The notes under the pieces are model-generated. The model had not been told where the DNA came from. It saw only the letters and a list, made by a program, of their open reading frames with translations, and ran no database searches. From the NCBI GenBank assembly GCA_030611105.1, contig JAUWQL010000001.1:5531-69530 (forward strand): a stretch of 64,000 bases of DNA. The letters run 5' to 3'. This stretch comes from Bacteroidales bacterium (lineage in GTDB: Bacteria > Bacteroidota > Bacteroidia > Bacteroidales > UBA12077). Shown one piece after another: positions 28,917 to 37,626 of the stretch (within the stretch, counting starts at the first letter, position 1; the number at the start of each line of letters is the position of its first letter). Position numbers and translations under genes: made by a program.

Positions 28917-29549
28917 TTATTTAGTTTTATCCAAAACCTTGACAAACATTCCATCCTGATTTTCTGTAAATCCTAATTTCTTTAGATATTTAGAATATTT
29001 CTCACTTTTACCGGTAGCCATTACAGTATTGAAACCATCATCAATAAATTTTCTTCTTAAACGAAGATAGATATATCTTCCGTTTTTAAAATCACGGTAT
29101 TCGGGAATTACATAATCCAGTCCGACTTTTAGAATATTGTTATCTTCTCTGTGTGCCAGAAAAAGTCCTGCAACAGCTGTATTTCTGAGGATAAAAAAAC
29201 TTATGGTGTTTATTTCGGGTTGGTACGTAAAACCGGGAAAAAACTTTTGTATTTCTTTGTTATGAAATTCTAAGAATCGTAGTAAATATTTATTACCGGC
29301 TCTTACTTCCAGAGTTTCAAAGATTTCCTTTTTTGTGTAAATCGTAAACAGATAATAAATATCGACAGTAACAATAAAGCCATTAAGAAATCCAACAGGC
29401 AAAGCTCCAATAAGAAAACCATATGTTGAAAATGTTATGGCTCCTGCTAAATTTATCCATCTGAATTTTACAATGGAATTCATTGTCATGGATAGAGCAA
29501 TGATAACTGAAGCCGTATAACCTATCCATTGTAATATGTTTGTTTCCAT
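28917..29549 (-). CDS. 3-TM (YgjV / PQ-loop-like) plus GNAT-like fusion protein, copy B
   Basis: The track ORF begins at a TTG at 29558. The ATG at 29549 (METNILQW) matches copy A. High identity to copy A by eye. Confidence 0.5.
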   Translation of the reverse strand: METNILQWIGYTASVIIALSMTMNSIVKFRWINLAGAITFSTYGFLIGALPVGFLNGFIVTVDIYYLFTIYTKKEIFETLEVRAGNKYLLRFLEFHNKEIQKFFPGFTYQPEINTISFFILRNTAVAGLFLAHREDNNILKVGLDYVIPEYRDFKNGRYIYLRLRRKFIDDGFNTVMATGKSEKYSKYLKKLGFTENQDGMFVKVLDKTK

Positions 29550-29554
29550 AATAT

Positions 29555-30940
29555 TCAAGAAAAAAGTTTAAAGTACAAAGATAAAAGTAAAAAGGGGGAT
29601 TTAAAGAAGAATAAAGTTATAGTTTCATTTTCCCCTTTTTCTTTTTCCTTTTGTCTTTTATCTTGATTTAGGCTTGCATTTTTTTTCCAGAGTCTTAAGG
29701 ATTGTTCTTTTGAGAATGCTAAAATTTCAGATTCGTTTACATTTTGAATTTTACGGTCTTTTACAATGATTTTCCCATTGGAAATAACATCATTTATATG
29801 ATTCGAATTGATCCCAAAAATGAAATGTCCCAAAAAATTATTTTGATTGATTTCGGTAGGAGAGTCATAATCCAGAATGACCAGATTGTTTTCTCCGTCG
29901 CCATCAAATTTGTTTATTTCGATATAATCATGCACTTTTCTGAAACGATCATATGCTGACGGATAATCAATAGTATCAAAACCTTGCCCAACAAAGAAAG
30001 CTGCTTTTGCGCTTTGTAACATATCGCTATGCATTCCATCTGTCCCAAGTAGTATATTATCACCTAATCCTTTGGCATTAAAATAGCCAACTTTATTATT
30101 TAAATTACTTTCCATATTCTGGACAACAAACGATTTTGAATTTTTTATGATACTCCGTTCATTATCATCAATATGTAAACAGTGTCCAAGAATAGTTTTC
30201 GAAGAATCTAAAACTCCATAATCGTTTAAGCGTTCAATTACTCGTTTATTATAATTATCCTGACAATGTCTTTGATCATAAAGGTCTTCTGCCACATGAA
30301 TATGGAAACCTGAATTGTATTTACTCATTAAATCAGCAGCTTTTATCATAGTTTCGTCACCAACCGTGAATGAAGCATGCAAACCTACCAGCCCCTGATT
30401 CGATTTTAAATAATTTTCTGTTTCTGAAATTCCTTTTTCAGCCTTGTCTAAACCGTCTCGGTCAGTAATTTCATAACATAATAAATGACTAATACCTACT
30501 TTATCAAATGCTTTTGCGATTATATCCAATGAACCTTCAATGAAATTTGGTGATGCATGATGATCAATAACAAAAGTTGAACCAGCTTTGGCGCATGCCA
30601 TAGCTGTGGTTAAAGCACTTGCTTCAATCATATCTTTATCCAAGCATTTGTCTAATGTCCACCAGATGTATTGCAGGATTTCATAAAAGTTTTCAGGATT
30701 TTTTTTCGGAGCCCCCATTCCACGTGCTAAAGCTGAATATACATGATGATGTCCGACTGCAAAAGATTTAGTAACCAGTTTCCCTCTACAATCAATAGTT
30801 TGATCTGTATTGTTTATATTATTAATATTATCAATGAATTTTATTTTACCGGAAATTCCTTTTTCAACTTGAATATTTGTATTTCTGAATTCTAAGGTTT
30901 TCCAGTCGATATAAATAGCGTTTTTTAGTAGAATAGACAT
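29555..30940 (-). CDS. ssnA: SsnA-family aminohydrolase (chlorohydrolase/deaminase superfamily)
   Basis: 461-aa ORF; metal motif AVGHHHVYS, HIHVAED and GTDGMHSD. The last ~39 aa are a low-complexity tail downstream of an A8 run (29679-29686) and may not be genuine. Confidence 0.78.
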   Translation of the reverse strand: MSILLKNAIYIDWKTLEFRNTNIQVEKGISGKIKFIDNINNINNTDQTIDCRGKLVTKSFAVGHHHVYSALARGMGAPKKNPENFYEILQYIWWTLDKCLDKDMIEASALTTAMACAKAGSTFVIDHHASPNFIEGSLDIIAKAFDKVGISHLLCYEITDRDGLDKAEKGISETENYLKSNQGLVGLHASFTVGDETMIKAADLMSKYNSGFHIHVAEDLYDQRHCQDNYNKRVIERLNDYGVLDSSKTILGHCLHIDDNERSIIKNSKSFVVQNMESNLNNKVGYFNAKGLGDNILLGTDGMHSDMLQSAKAAFFVGQGFDTIDYPSAYDRFRKVHDYIEINKFDGDGENNLVILDYDSPTEINQNNFLGHFIFGINSNHINDVISNGKIIVKDRKIQNVNESEILAFSKEQSLRLWKKNASLNQDKRQKEKEKGENETITLFFFKSPFLLLSLYFKLFS

Positions 30941-30984
30941 GGTTATCTGAATTGTTTAATTAATTACTAATCTTTTTATATGTC

Positions 30985-31138
30985 ATGCCTACGGCATTTT
31001 TGTTTTGGTTGAAGATTAGTTTTTACCGATATATCACGCCTCTGGCGTTGCTATGTTTAATTTCAGAATTGTTAAGCCCTGAGGGCTGAAATGTCGGTAA
31101 AAACAAATAATAATAATAAACATAACCCCGTTAGGGGT
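30985..31138. repeat. array of four 5-bp-stem mini-hairpins with an enclosing 11-bp stem
   Basis: Mini-hairpins: ATGCC-TAC-GGCAT (30985-30997), ACGCC-TCT-GGCGT (31036-31048), AGCCC-TGA-GGGCT (31075-31087), ACCCC-GTTA-GGGGT (31125-31138). GTTTTTACCGA (31019-31029) pairs with TCGGTAAAAAC (31094-31104). Confidence 0.55.
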
Positions 31139-31168
31139 GAAATTATACAATTAATAAAACTAATAAAA

Positions 31169-33718
31169 TTAATTTCTTTGTAATGGTAATTTAAATCTTT
31201 TCTTACCATCAAATTTATTGAAAGCACAAGCAACTGCTGCTGCTGTCGGAACCATTCCTATTTCACCTATACCTTTAGCACCATATGGCCCAATAGGATC
31301 TTTTACTTCAATCATTTTAACAACTATTTCGGGAGTTTCATGAGCTCTTAAAATCTTTAAATCTCTCATCTTATCACTTACTAAAAAACCGTCTTTCATA
31401 GGAAGTGATTCTGTTAATGCATATCCTAAGCCCATGTGAACACCGCCTTCAACCTGGCCTTCGAACAACATTGGATTCATTATTTTACCGCCATCATGTG
31501 CAGCAATCATTTTTGAGATTTTTCCATTATCATCTAAAATACAAACCTGAGCTGCATAACCATATGAATAATGTGTAATTTGCTCATCAACATCTGTTTC
31601 TGGCTTGGTTGTCCAGTCGCAAACATATTGTCCTTTATATGATTTACCGGCTAATTCTTTTAATGATTTTGTTTTTAAATCTTCTTTCAAAGCTTTAGCG
31701 GCATTTATGACAGCAAGTCCAACTAAAGCAGTTGCACGGGAGGAAGTTGTCATTCCTGTTTTTATCTGTGCTTCTGTATCAACAATAACTTCAATAATTT
31801 CAGGTGAAACAGAAGTTTCTTCACATAGGGTTTGTAAAGCCATGTTATGAACTCCCTGACCCATTTCTGTCCATCCGTGTTGCAATAGAATATGATTTTC
31901 AGAAATAATATCAATAATTACTTTCGATTCATCAACCATTCCGTTACCAACACCGGAGTTTTTAATGGCACAGGATAAACCCGCAAATTTTGCATTATTA
32001 AAATCTTCTTTCACAGCATCTAAACAAGCACGAATACCAACTCCAAAAACTTTCTGTCCGGTTGAAGTTTTTAATCCATCAACCAATGCATTGTCATATC
32101 TGAATTGCCAGCGATCAAAACCTCCTTTTTCGCAAATATCATCAATACAGCTTTCAACGGCAAAAGCTACCTGGTTTGCGCCAAATCCGCGCATAGCTCC
32201 GCAAGGAATATTATTGGTATAAACCGTTTTTGCTTCAATATCAATTTCAGGAATGAAATATCCTGCAGAAGCATGTCCGGCAACACGTTCAAGAACTTTC
32301 ATGCCTACTGATGCATAGGCTCCGGTATCACCAACAGCTTTGAGTTTTAAAGAAGTTAATTTCCCGTTTTCATCTGCTCCAATTTCAATATCCATAAATA
32401 CAGGATGGCGCTTGGGATGCAATCGGATTGATTCTTCTCGTGTTAATGTTAGTTTTACAGTCTTTTTTAAAAGATACGCAAAAAGTGATGTATGTCCCTG
32501 AACACTTAAATCTTCTTTTCCTCCAAAACCACCGCCATTAGGAACAAGTGTAACACGAACTTTTTCTTCAGGTAAGCCTAAAATCATAGCAACTTGTCGG
32601 CGATCTTCATAAACTCCCTGACTCTGACTAAAAAGTTCCAAACCATCTTTTCTATCAGGCCTTGCGATGGCAGCTTCTTTTTCCAAAAAAGCATGCTCAA
32701 CGCGCTGTGTTTCATAACGACCCTTAGATGTGAATTTTGAGTTTTTTAATGCTTTATCGGCATTACCAATCGTAAATTGGGTTGTATCAAAGTTATTTGG
32801 TTTTTCAGGATGAACACGTTCACCATCAATAGCTTTGAAAACATCAGTTACAGGTTTATATACTTCATAATCTACTTTAATCAGTTTAACAGCATCTCGG
32901 GCAATATCATCCGAATCGGCAACAACTCCTGCAATTACATCACCAATGTAATGTGTTGTTTCATCTTCTCCAATCATTACATTCCAATCCTGAAGAATCA
33001 AACCTACTTTCTTTTCTCCGGGTATATCTTTTGCCGTAAATACTCTATGAACTTCGGGAAGTTTTTCAGCTTCAGAAATGTCAATTTTTAAAACTTTCGC
33101 TTTTGGGTGATCACTAAACTTTAAAGCGGCAAATAGCATCCCTTCAAAATGCATATCATCAACAAAATCACGTTCACCAATAGCTGTTCTGTAAGCATCG
33201 TATTTTGGATGCGAAACACCAATTTTACCTGATGTTTTTGTTATTTCTAATTTTTTATTCTCACGTATAGCTTCTCCTGCATATCTAATTGCTTTTTCAA
33301 TTTTTTTGTATCCGGTACAACGACAAATATGTGGTTGTATGGCTTTTTGGATTTCTTCTATACTGGGATTCGGATTATCCTGCAATAAAACTTTGGTACG
33401 ACTTATAAATCCGGGAGTACAAAATCCGCATTGTACTGCTCCTTTGTTTACAAATGCCTTAGCAATAGTGTCTTTTACATATTCAGAGAAACCTTCCGGT
33501 GTAAAAATCTCAGTTCCGTTCAAAGTCTTCATTTTGATTACACAAGATAGTTTAGCTTTTCCGTCAACCTCTACAGTACATGCTCCACAGGCGGCCTGAC
33601 CAGAACAGCCATCTTTAACGGAAGTGATATGTTTGTCGAGCCTTAAATGTTTTAATAAGGTTTTTTCAGGATCTCCCGAATAAGATTCTTTTACTCCGTT
33701 TAAAGTATAGGTAATCAT
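31169..33718 (-). CDS. XdhD-like molybdenum hydroxylase with fused N-terminal 2Fe-2S domains (selenium-dependent molybdenum hydroxylase type)
   Basis: 849 aa; two [2Fe-2S] motifs (CSGQAACGACTV; CGFCTPG ... CRCTGY), then an aldehyde-oxidase/xanthine-dehydrogenase Mo-binding body (GGGFGGKED). No FAD domain. Confidence 0.83.
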   Translation of the reverse strand: MITYTLNGVKESYSGDPEKTLLKHLRLDKHITSVKDGCSGQAACGACTVEVDGKAKLSCVIKMKTLNGTEIFTPEGFSEYVKDTIAKAFVNKGAVQCGFCTPGFISRTKVLLQDNPNPSIEEIQKAIQPHICRCTGYKKIEKAIRYAGEAIRENKKLEITKTSGKIGVSHPKYDAYRTAIGERDFVDDMHFEGMLFAALKFSDHPKAKVLKIDISEAEKLPEVHRVFTAKDIPGEKKVGLILQDWNVMIGEDETTHYIGDVIAGVVADSDDIARDAVKLIKVDYEVYKPVTDVFKAIDGERVHPEKPNNFDTTQFTIGNADKALKNSKFTSKGRYETQRVEHAFLEKEAAIARPDRKDGLELFSQSQGVYEDRRQVAMILGLPEEKVRVTLVPNGGGFGGKEDLSVQGHTSLFAYLLKKTVKLTLTREESIRLHPKRHPVFMDIEIGADENGKLTSLKLKAVGDTGAYASVGMKVLERVAGHASAGYFIPEIDIEAKTVYTNNIPCGAMRGFGANQVAFAVESCIDDICEKGGFDRWQFRYDNALVDGLKTSTGQKVFGVGIRACLDAVKEDFNNAKFAGLSCAIKNSGVGNGMVDESKVIIDIISENHILLQHGWTEMGQGVHNMALQTLCEETSVSPEIIEVIVDTEAQIKTGMTTSSRATALVGLAVINAAKALKEDLKTKSLKELAGKSYKGQYVCDWTTKPETDVDEQITHYSYGYAAQVCILDDNGKISKMIAAHDGGKIMNPMLFEGQVEGGVHMGLGYALTESLPMKDGFLVSDKMRDLKILRAHETPEIVVKMIEVKDPIGPYGAKGIGEIGMVPTAAAVACAFNKFDGKKRFKLPLQRN

Positions 33719-34965
33719 TGAATTAGTTTTTTCAGATTTTCAATAGTCGGATGAATAGATTCAGGTATGTTCAGTAGTTTTTGTACCGAATTAAGATCTT
33801 TTAGTCCGCTTCCGGTTAAAAGTACAACATTTTTGGAGCTTTTGTCAAGTTTGTTTCCCATATAATAACTCAATAAACCAGCAAATGCTGTGGCTGCTGC
33901 AGGCTCGGCAAATATTCCTGTATTTCGGGATAATATGGCTGATGCTTCAAGAATAGCATCATCAGAAACTGTTAAATACTCACCATTATATTTTTGGATA
34001 AACTGTTTAGTAAGATTGAAATTTCTGGGAATATCAACCGATATAGAGTCAGCGATTGTATTGCTTGCTTTTATTTCAAATTCTTTATTATTCAGATTTC
34101 TTACCAGATTATCGCTGCCTTCGGATTGAACTGCTATAATAGTTGGAATTTTATCAATAAACTTAAGATTTAAAAGATCTTCAAAACCCTTGTAAACTCC
34201 CGAAATAATTACACCATCGCCAACGGGAACAAAAATTCTGTCAGGAATAGATTCATTCATTTGATCAAAGATTTCAAAAGAAACTGTTTTCTTACCTTCA
34301 ATAGTTAATGGATTATAAGCAGTATTTCTGTTGTACCAGCCAAACTCTTTGCTTGCTTTTATACTTAAGTCAAATGCATCATCGTAAGTTCCTTTTACAG
34401 GTACAATGGTTGCTCCGTACATCATAATCTGAGTTAGTTTTGCAATTGGAGCCAACTCAGGAACCATTATAATTGCATTTTGGTTTTGGGCAGCACAGAG
34501 TCCTGCCAGCGATGAGCCTGCATTTCCTGTTGATGCTGTAACAATAGTTTCAAAACCTTTTTCTTTGGCATAAGCCGAAACTATGGCCGACGCCCTGTCT
34601 TTAAACGAAAAAGTGGGATTTTGAGAATCATCTTTTAGAAATAAGTGAAAAGGTAAATCTTTATTATCCAATTTGTCAAATTCATATAAAGGAGTGTTTC
34701 CGACTTTCAATTTTGGAAGACTTTCAATTTTGTCGATTGGCAACAAGTCGAGAAAAATATTCTTTTTAAAATCACTGAACAGAAAATTTTTCTGTAAAAT
34801 TTCAGAAAAGTTATAAACAATTCTAAGAATACCTTTTGGTGGAGAAGAATCATTATTTTCCTTGCTGCAATTGGGACAGAGATATAAGGTTTTATCTGAA
34901 CCGAATTGTTTTCCACAATCGGTACACTCATAAATGAATTTTTGAGTAGTGTAATTATGTTCCAT
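33715..34965 (-). CDS. threonine-synthase-like fold-type-II PLP enzyme with N-terminal zinc ribbon
   Basis: 416 aa; CTDCGK...CPNCSK zinc ribbon, PLP-lysine motif PTFSFKDRAS, and glycine loop TASTGNAGSS. Overlaps the XdhD-like gene by 4 nt. Confidence 0.7.
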   Translation of the reverse strand: MEHNYTTQKFIYECTDCGKQFGSDKTLYLCPNCSKENNDSSPPKGILRIVYNFSEILQKNFLFSDFKKNIFLDLLPIDKIESLPKLKVGNTPLYEFDKLDNKDLPFHLFLKDDSQNPTFSFKDRASAIVSAYAKEKGFETIVTASTGNAGSSLAGLCAAQNQNAIIMVPELAPIAKLTQIMMYGATIVPVKGTYDDAFDLSIKASKEFGWYNRNTAYNPLTIEGKKTVSFEIFDQMNESIPDRIFVPVGDGVIISGVYKGFEDLLNLKFIDKIPTIIAVQSEGSDNLVRNLNNKEFEIKASNTIADSISVDIPRNFNLTKQFIQKYNGEYLTVSDDAILEASAILSRNTGIFAEPAAATAFAGLLSYYMGNKLDKSSKNVVLLTGSGLKDLNSVQKLLNIPESIHPTIENLKKLIQ

Positions 34966-35185
34966 AGTATTTGAACTACTGCTAATTTAACTATTTTTGT
35001 TTAATTCATTCAAAAATAATTTAGGTGTTAAACAAAATAAAGGTGTCTCAGTAGTTACATATAAAGGTTTGGTATACCTGTGATTTTACTTATTGAATAA
35101 GTTTTTGTATTGAGTTAATTCAGGTAATTAGTAGCTACATACGGGACACCTTTTGCATTATCATAGTTTTATTGTACTCACGTTC

Positions 35186-36658
35186 TTATAATAATCCGGT
35201 TCTTTCGTTAAACTCATTAATTAATTCATCCCATCGATTTAACTGATTAAATTGTTTATCCCAGATTTCTCTATCATTCCATAACTGATTCAAATCTTCA
35301 ACTTCTTTTTCTTGTTGTTCAATCCATGTAAAATATTTCAGATTATGAATAGCTTTTTTATCGTAATAATTTAGCTCTTTAGTATAATCGATGGTACAAC
35401 CAAGCATACATTTTTCAAAATCTTTAACCGCCTGAATTTGGTTGTATTCACCTCGTTTTGCTTCCAGTTCGGCAATTCTTGATTGATACATATCTGCTGA
35501 ATCAGTAGCAATGGTAATAACTACATCATCTTCAGTCATTTCGTAATATTTTGCTATTTTTATTGATGATAGTAAATTACCAATACCGGATACTCCGATT
35601 AAATGAAGATTATCAATGATTTCCTGATCAATTCCAATCGATTTTAAATATTTATGACCTTCTTTCTCATTGAATAAACGAAGAATTCTCATACAATCTT
35701 CATCGTCAATTGCTGTTACAACATCCGTATTTTTAACATTATGAATCCATGGTACATGTTTGTCGCCTATACCTTCAATTCTATGTCCGCCAAATCCATT
35801 CATTAAAAGGGTAGGGCACTGTAAAGCTTCTGATGCAACAACTTTTAAATGCGGAGTAATAGTTCTCAGATAATCTCCGGCAGCAATTGTTCCAGCTGAT
35901 CCTGTTGCAGAAATATAAGCTGCTAAATTACTTTTTTCTTTTTTTACCAGATTGTAAACTTCTTCGATTGCTTTACCTGTTGTATTGTAGTGCCAGGCAG
36001 CATTTCCAAACTCATCGAACTGATTGAATATTACACAATCAGGGCGGGTTCTTCTGATTTCCCAACATTTATCGTAGATTTCTTTTACGTTTGATTCACA
36101 TCCGGGAGTAGCAATAACTTCAGAGCCAATTATATCGCGTAACCAGGTAAAGCGTTCTTCACTCATTTCTTCCGGTAAAATTGATACAGATTCTGTACCC
36201 ATTAATTTTGAATCAAATGCTCCACCGCGGCAATAATTTCCTGTTGATGGCCAAACTGCTTTATGATAACTTGGATCAAATTCACCGGTTGTAATTCTTG
36301 GTGCTAAGCAACCATAAGCGGCTCCAACTTTATGCGATCCGGTTGGAAACCATTTTCCTATCAGTAAAACAATTCTTGCTTTAACACCTGTAAGCTCTTT
36401 TGGTAATTCTATATAGTTCACATTTCCAAACAAACCGCCTTTTTCTTTTGGCTCGTTTTTCCAGGTAATTCTGAAAAGATTTAAAGGATTTATTTCCCAT
36501 AAACCTATGTTTTTTAGTTGATCTTTAATTTTATCAGGAATTAATTCCGGATTTCTTTGTTGTTCAAAAGTTGGAAGAATTATTCCGTTTTCTTTGTATC
36601 GTTTCACAGCATTTTTTAATGCTTTCTCATTGGTTACTTTATCAATTATAGGAATCAT
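35186..36658 (-). CDS. atypical 490-aa fold-type-II PLP-dependent enzyme (Trp-synthase-beta superfamily)
   Basis: Candidate PLP lysine in FPTGSHKVGAAYG and glycine loop ISATGSAGTIAAG, plus long N- and C-terminal extensions. The precise family was not recognised. Confidence 0.55.
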   Translation of the reverse strand: MIPIIDKVTNEKALKNAVKRYKENGIILPTFEQQRNPELIPDKIKDQLKNIGLWEINPLNLFRITWKNEPKEKGGLFGNVNYIELPKELTGVKARIVLLIGKWFPTGSHKVGAAYGCLAPRITTGEFDPSYHKAVWPSTGNYCRGGAFDSKLMGTESVSILPEEMSEERFTWLRDIIGSEVIATPGCESNVKEIYDKCWEIRRTRPDCVIFNQFDEFGNAAWHYNTTGKAIEEVYNLVKKEKSNLAAYISATGSAGTIAAGDYLRTITPHLKVVASEALQCPTLLMNGFGGHRIEGIGDKHVPWIHNVKNTDVVTAIDDEDCMRILRLFNEKEGHKYLKSIGIDQEIIDNLHLIGVSGIGNLLSSIKIAKYYEMTEDDVVITIATDSADMYQSRIAELEAKRGEYNQIQAVKDFEKCMLGCTIDYTKELNYYDKKAIHNLKYFTWIEQQEKEVEDLNQLWNDREIWDKQFNQLNRWDELINEFNERTGLL

Positions 36659-36773
36659 TATTGTAATATCAGATTAATATGCTTTGCAATTTACGAAAAA
36701 TATAAATATCTTCTTTAACAAAATAAAAGAATGGTAAAATATACTATAAATTGATTTATTAACAGGAATATAT

Positions 36774-36781
36774 TATATTTG
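36774..36781 (+). promoter_or_regulatory. Bacteroidota -7 promoter motif (TAnnTTTG) for the Lrp-family gene
   Basis: TATATTTG lies 37 nt upstream of the ATG at 36818. Confidence 0.4.
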
Positions 36782-36817
36782 CAATATATTACATTTATAG
36801 GAACAGAAAAATAGACT

Positions 36818-37282
36818 ATGATGAAAACGATTGATGAAATAGATAAGAAGTTATTGAATATCCTGCAAACCAATAGCAGAATTACTATTCGCGAACTTTC
36901 CGAAAAATTGCATTTATCTACAACCCCGATTCATGAGCGGATAAAAAAACTTGAAAAGAATGGATATATTAAACAGTATATCACATTGGTTGATCCTAAA
37001 ATGATAGGAAAGGAGCTGATTGTTTATGTTTCTGTATCGCTGAATAAGCATACTAAAGAAGCAATTGAGGAATTTGAAGCTCAAATGCAAAAGCTGGATG
37101 AAGTTATGGAATCCTACTATATTTCCGGTAGTTCAGATTTTCTTTTAAAAGTTTATTGTAATGATATGGATGATTTTCATCAATTTATTACCAATAAATT
37201 TTCTATAATTGGCAATATTACCCAGTTTTACAGTTCTTTTGTAATGTCAGAAACTAAAGTAAAACAGAATTTTAAGTTGTGA
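36818..37282 (+). CDS. Lrp/AsnC family transcriptional regulator
   Basis: 154 aa; an HTH (LDxxDxKILxxLQxNSRITIRELSEKLHLS pattern) plus a RAM/AsnC-type ligand domain. Divergent from the PLP-enzyme operon. Confidence 0.87.
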   Translation: MMKTIDEIDKKLLNILQTNSRITIRELSEKLHLSTTPIHERIKKLEKNGYIKQYITLVDPKMIGKELIVYVSVSLNKHTKEAIEEFEAQMQKLDEVMESYYISGSSDFLLKVYCNDMDDFHQFITNKFSIIGNITQFYSSFVMSETKVKQNFKL

Positions 37283-37367
37283 AAAATATTTTTTTGAATG
37301 TTGTATTATATACAAAGACTGATTAAAAATAATTTATAATTTACTTGAAAGATATACTAAAATGATA

Positions 37368-37375
37368 TACCTTTG
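37368..37375 (+). promoter_or_regulatory. TAnnTTTG -7 motif upstream of the antitoxin gene
   Basis: TACCTTTG lies 21 nt upstream of the ATG at 37396. Confidence 0.4.
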
Positions 37376-37395
37376 TGATATAAAATAAATATATT

Positions 37396-37626
37396 ATGAA
37401 AACTGTATCATTAAAAATAGATGATTTAATCTTTAGAGAAACTGAGAAGATTCTTTCCAGAATTAAAAAACCCAGAAATAGATATATCAACGAGGCAATT
37501 GAATATTACAATAAATTTCAAAAGCGGTTGATTATTGAAAAAAGGCTGAAAATGGAATCAGAATTAGTTAAAAAAGATTCAATTTCTGTACTTAAAGATT
37601 TCGAGGAGATTGATTATGCCGATTAA
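37396..37626 (+). CDS. small antitoxin-like protein (RHH/MazE-like position)
   Basis: 76 aa, overlaps the downstream PemK/MazF gene by 11 nt. The N-terminal beta-strand-like MKTVSLKIDD fits a ribbon-helix-helix. Confidence 0.55.
   Translation: MKTVSLKIDDLIFRETEKILSRIKKPRNRYINEAIEYYNKFQKRLIIEKRLKMESELVKKDSISVLKDFEEIDYAD

Larger units (their letters stand above)
27417..29555. repeat. segmental duplication, copy B
   Basis: Collinear with 18890-20988. Similarity ends 6 nt upstream of the 3TM-gene ATG and at the last few hyuA codons. Confidence 0.85.

Noticed and set aside
27389-29700. Selenocysteine (TGA) recoding as an explanation for the interrupted ORFs in this selenium-associated cluster.
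   Set aside because: The hyuA copy-B interruption is a frame change ending at TAA, the DHFR-like case is a frame change, and the ssnA tail is homopolymer-associated. None involves an in-frame TGA with conserved sequence on both sides.
30985-31138. Possible CRISPR array or tRNA-like structure in the hairpin arrays (also 9787-9968).
   Set aside because: The repeated units are only 13-14 nt and not identical in sequence. The spacing is irregular, and no cas genes are present. No cloverleaf with anticodon or T-loop consensus can be drawn.
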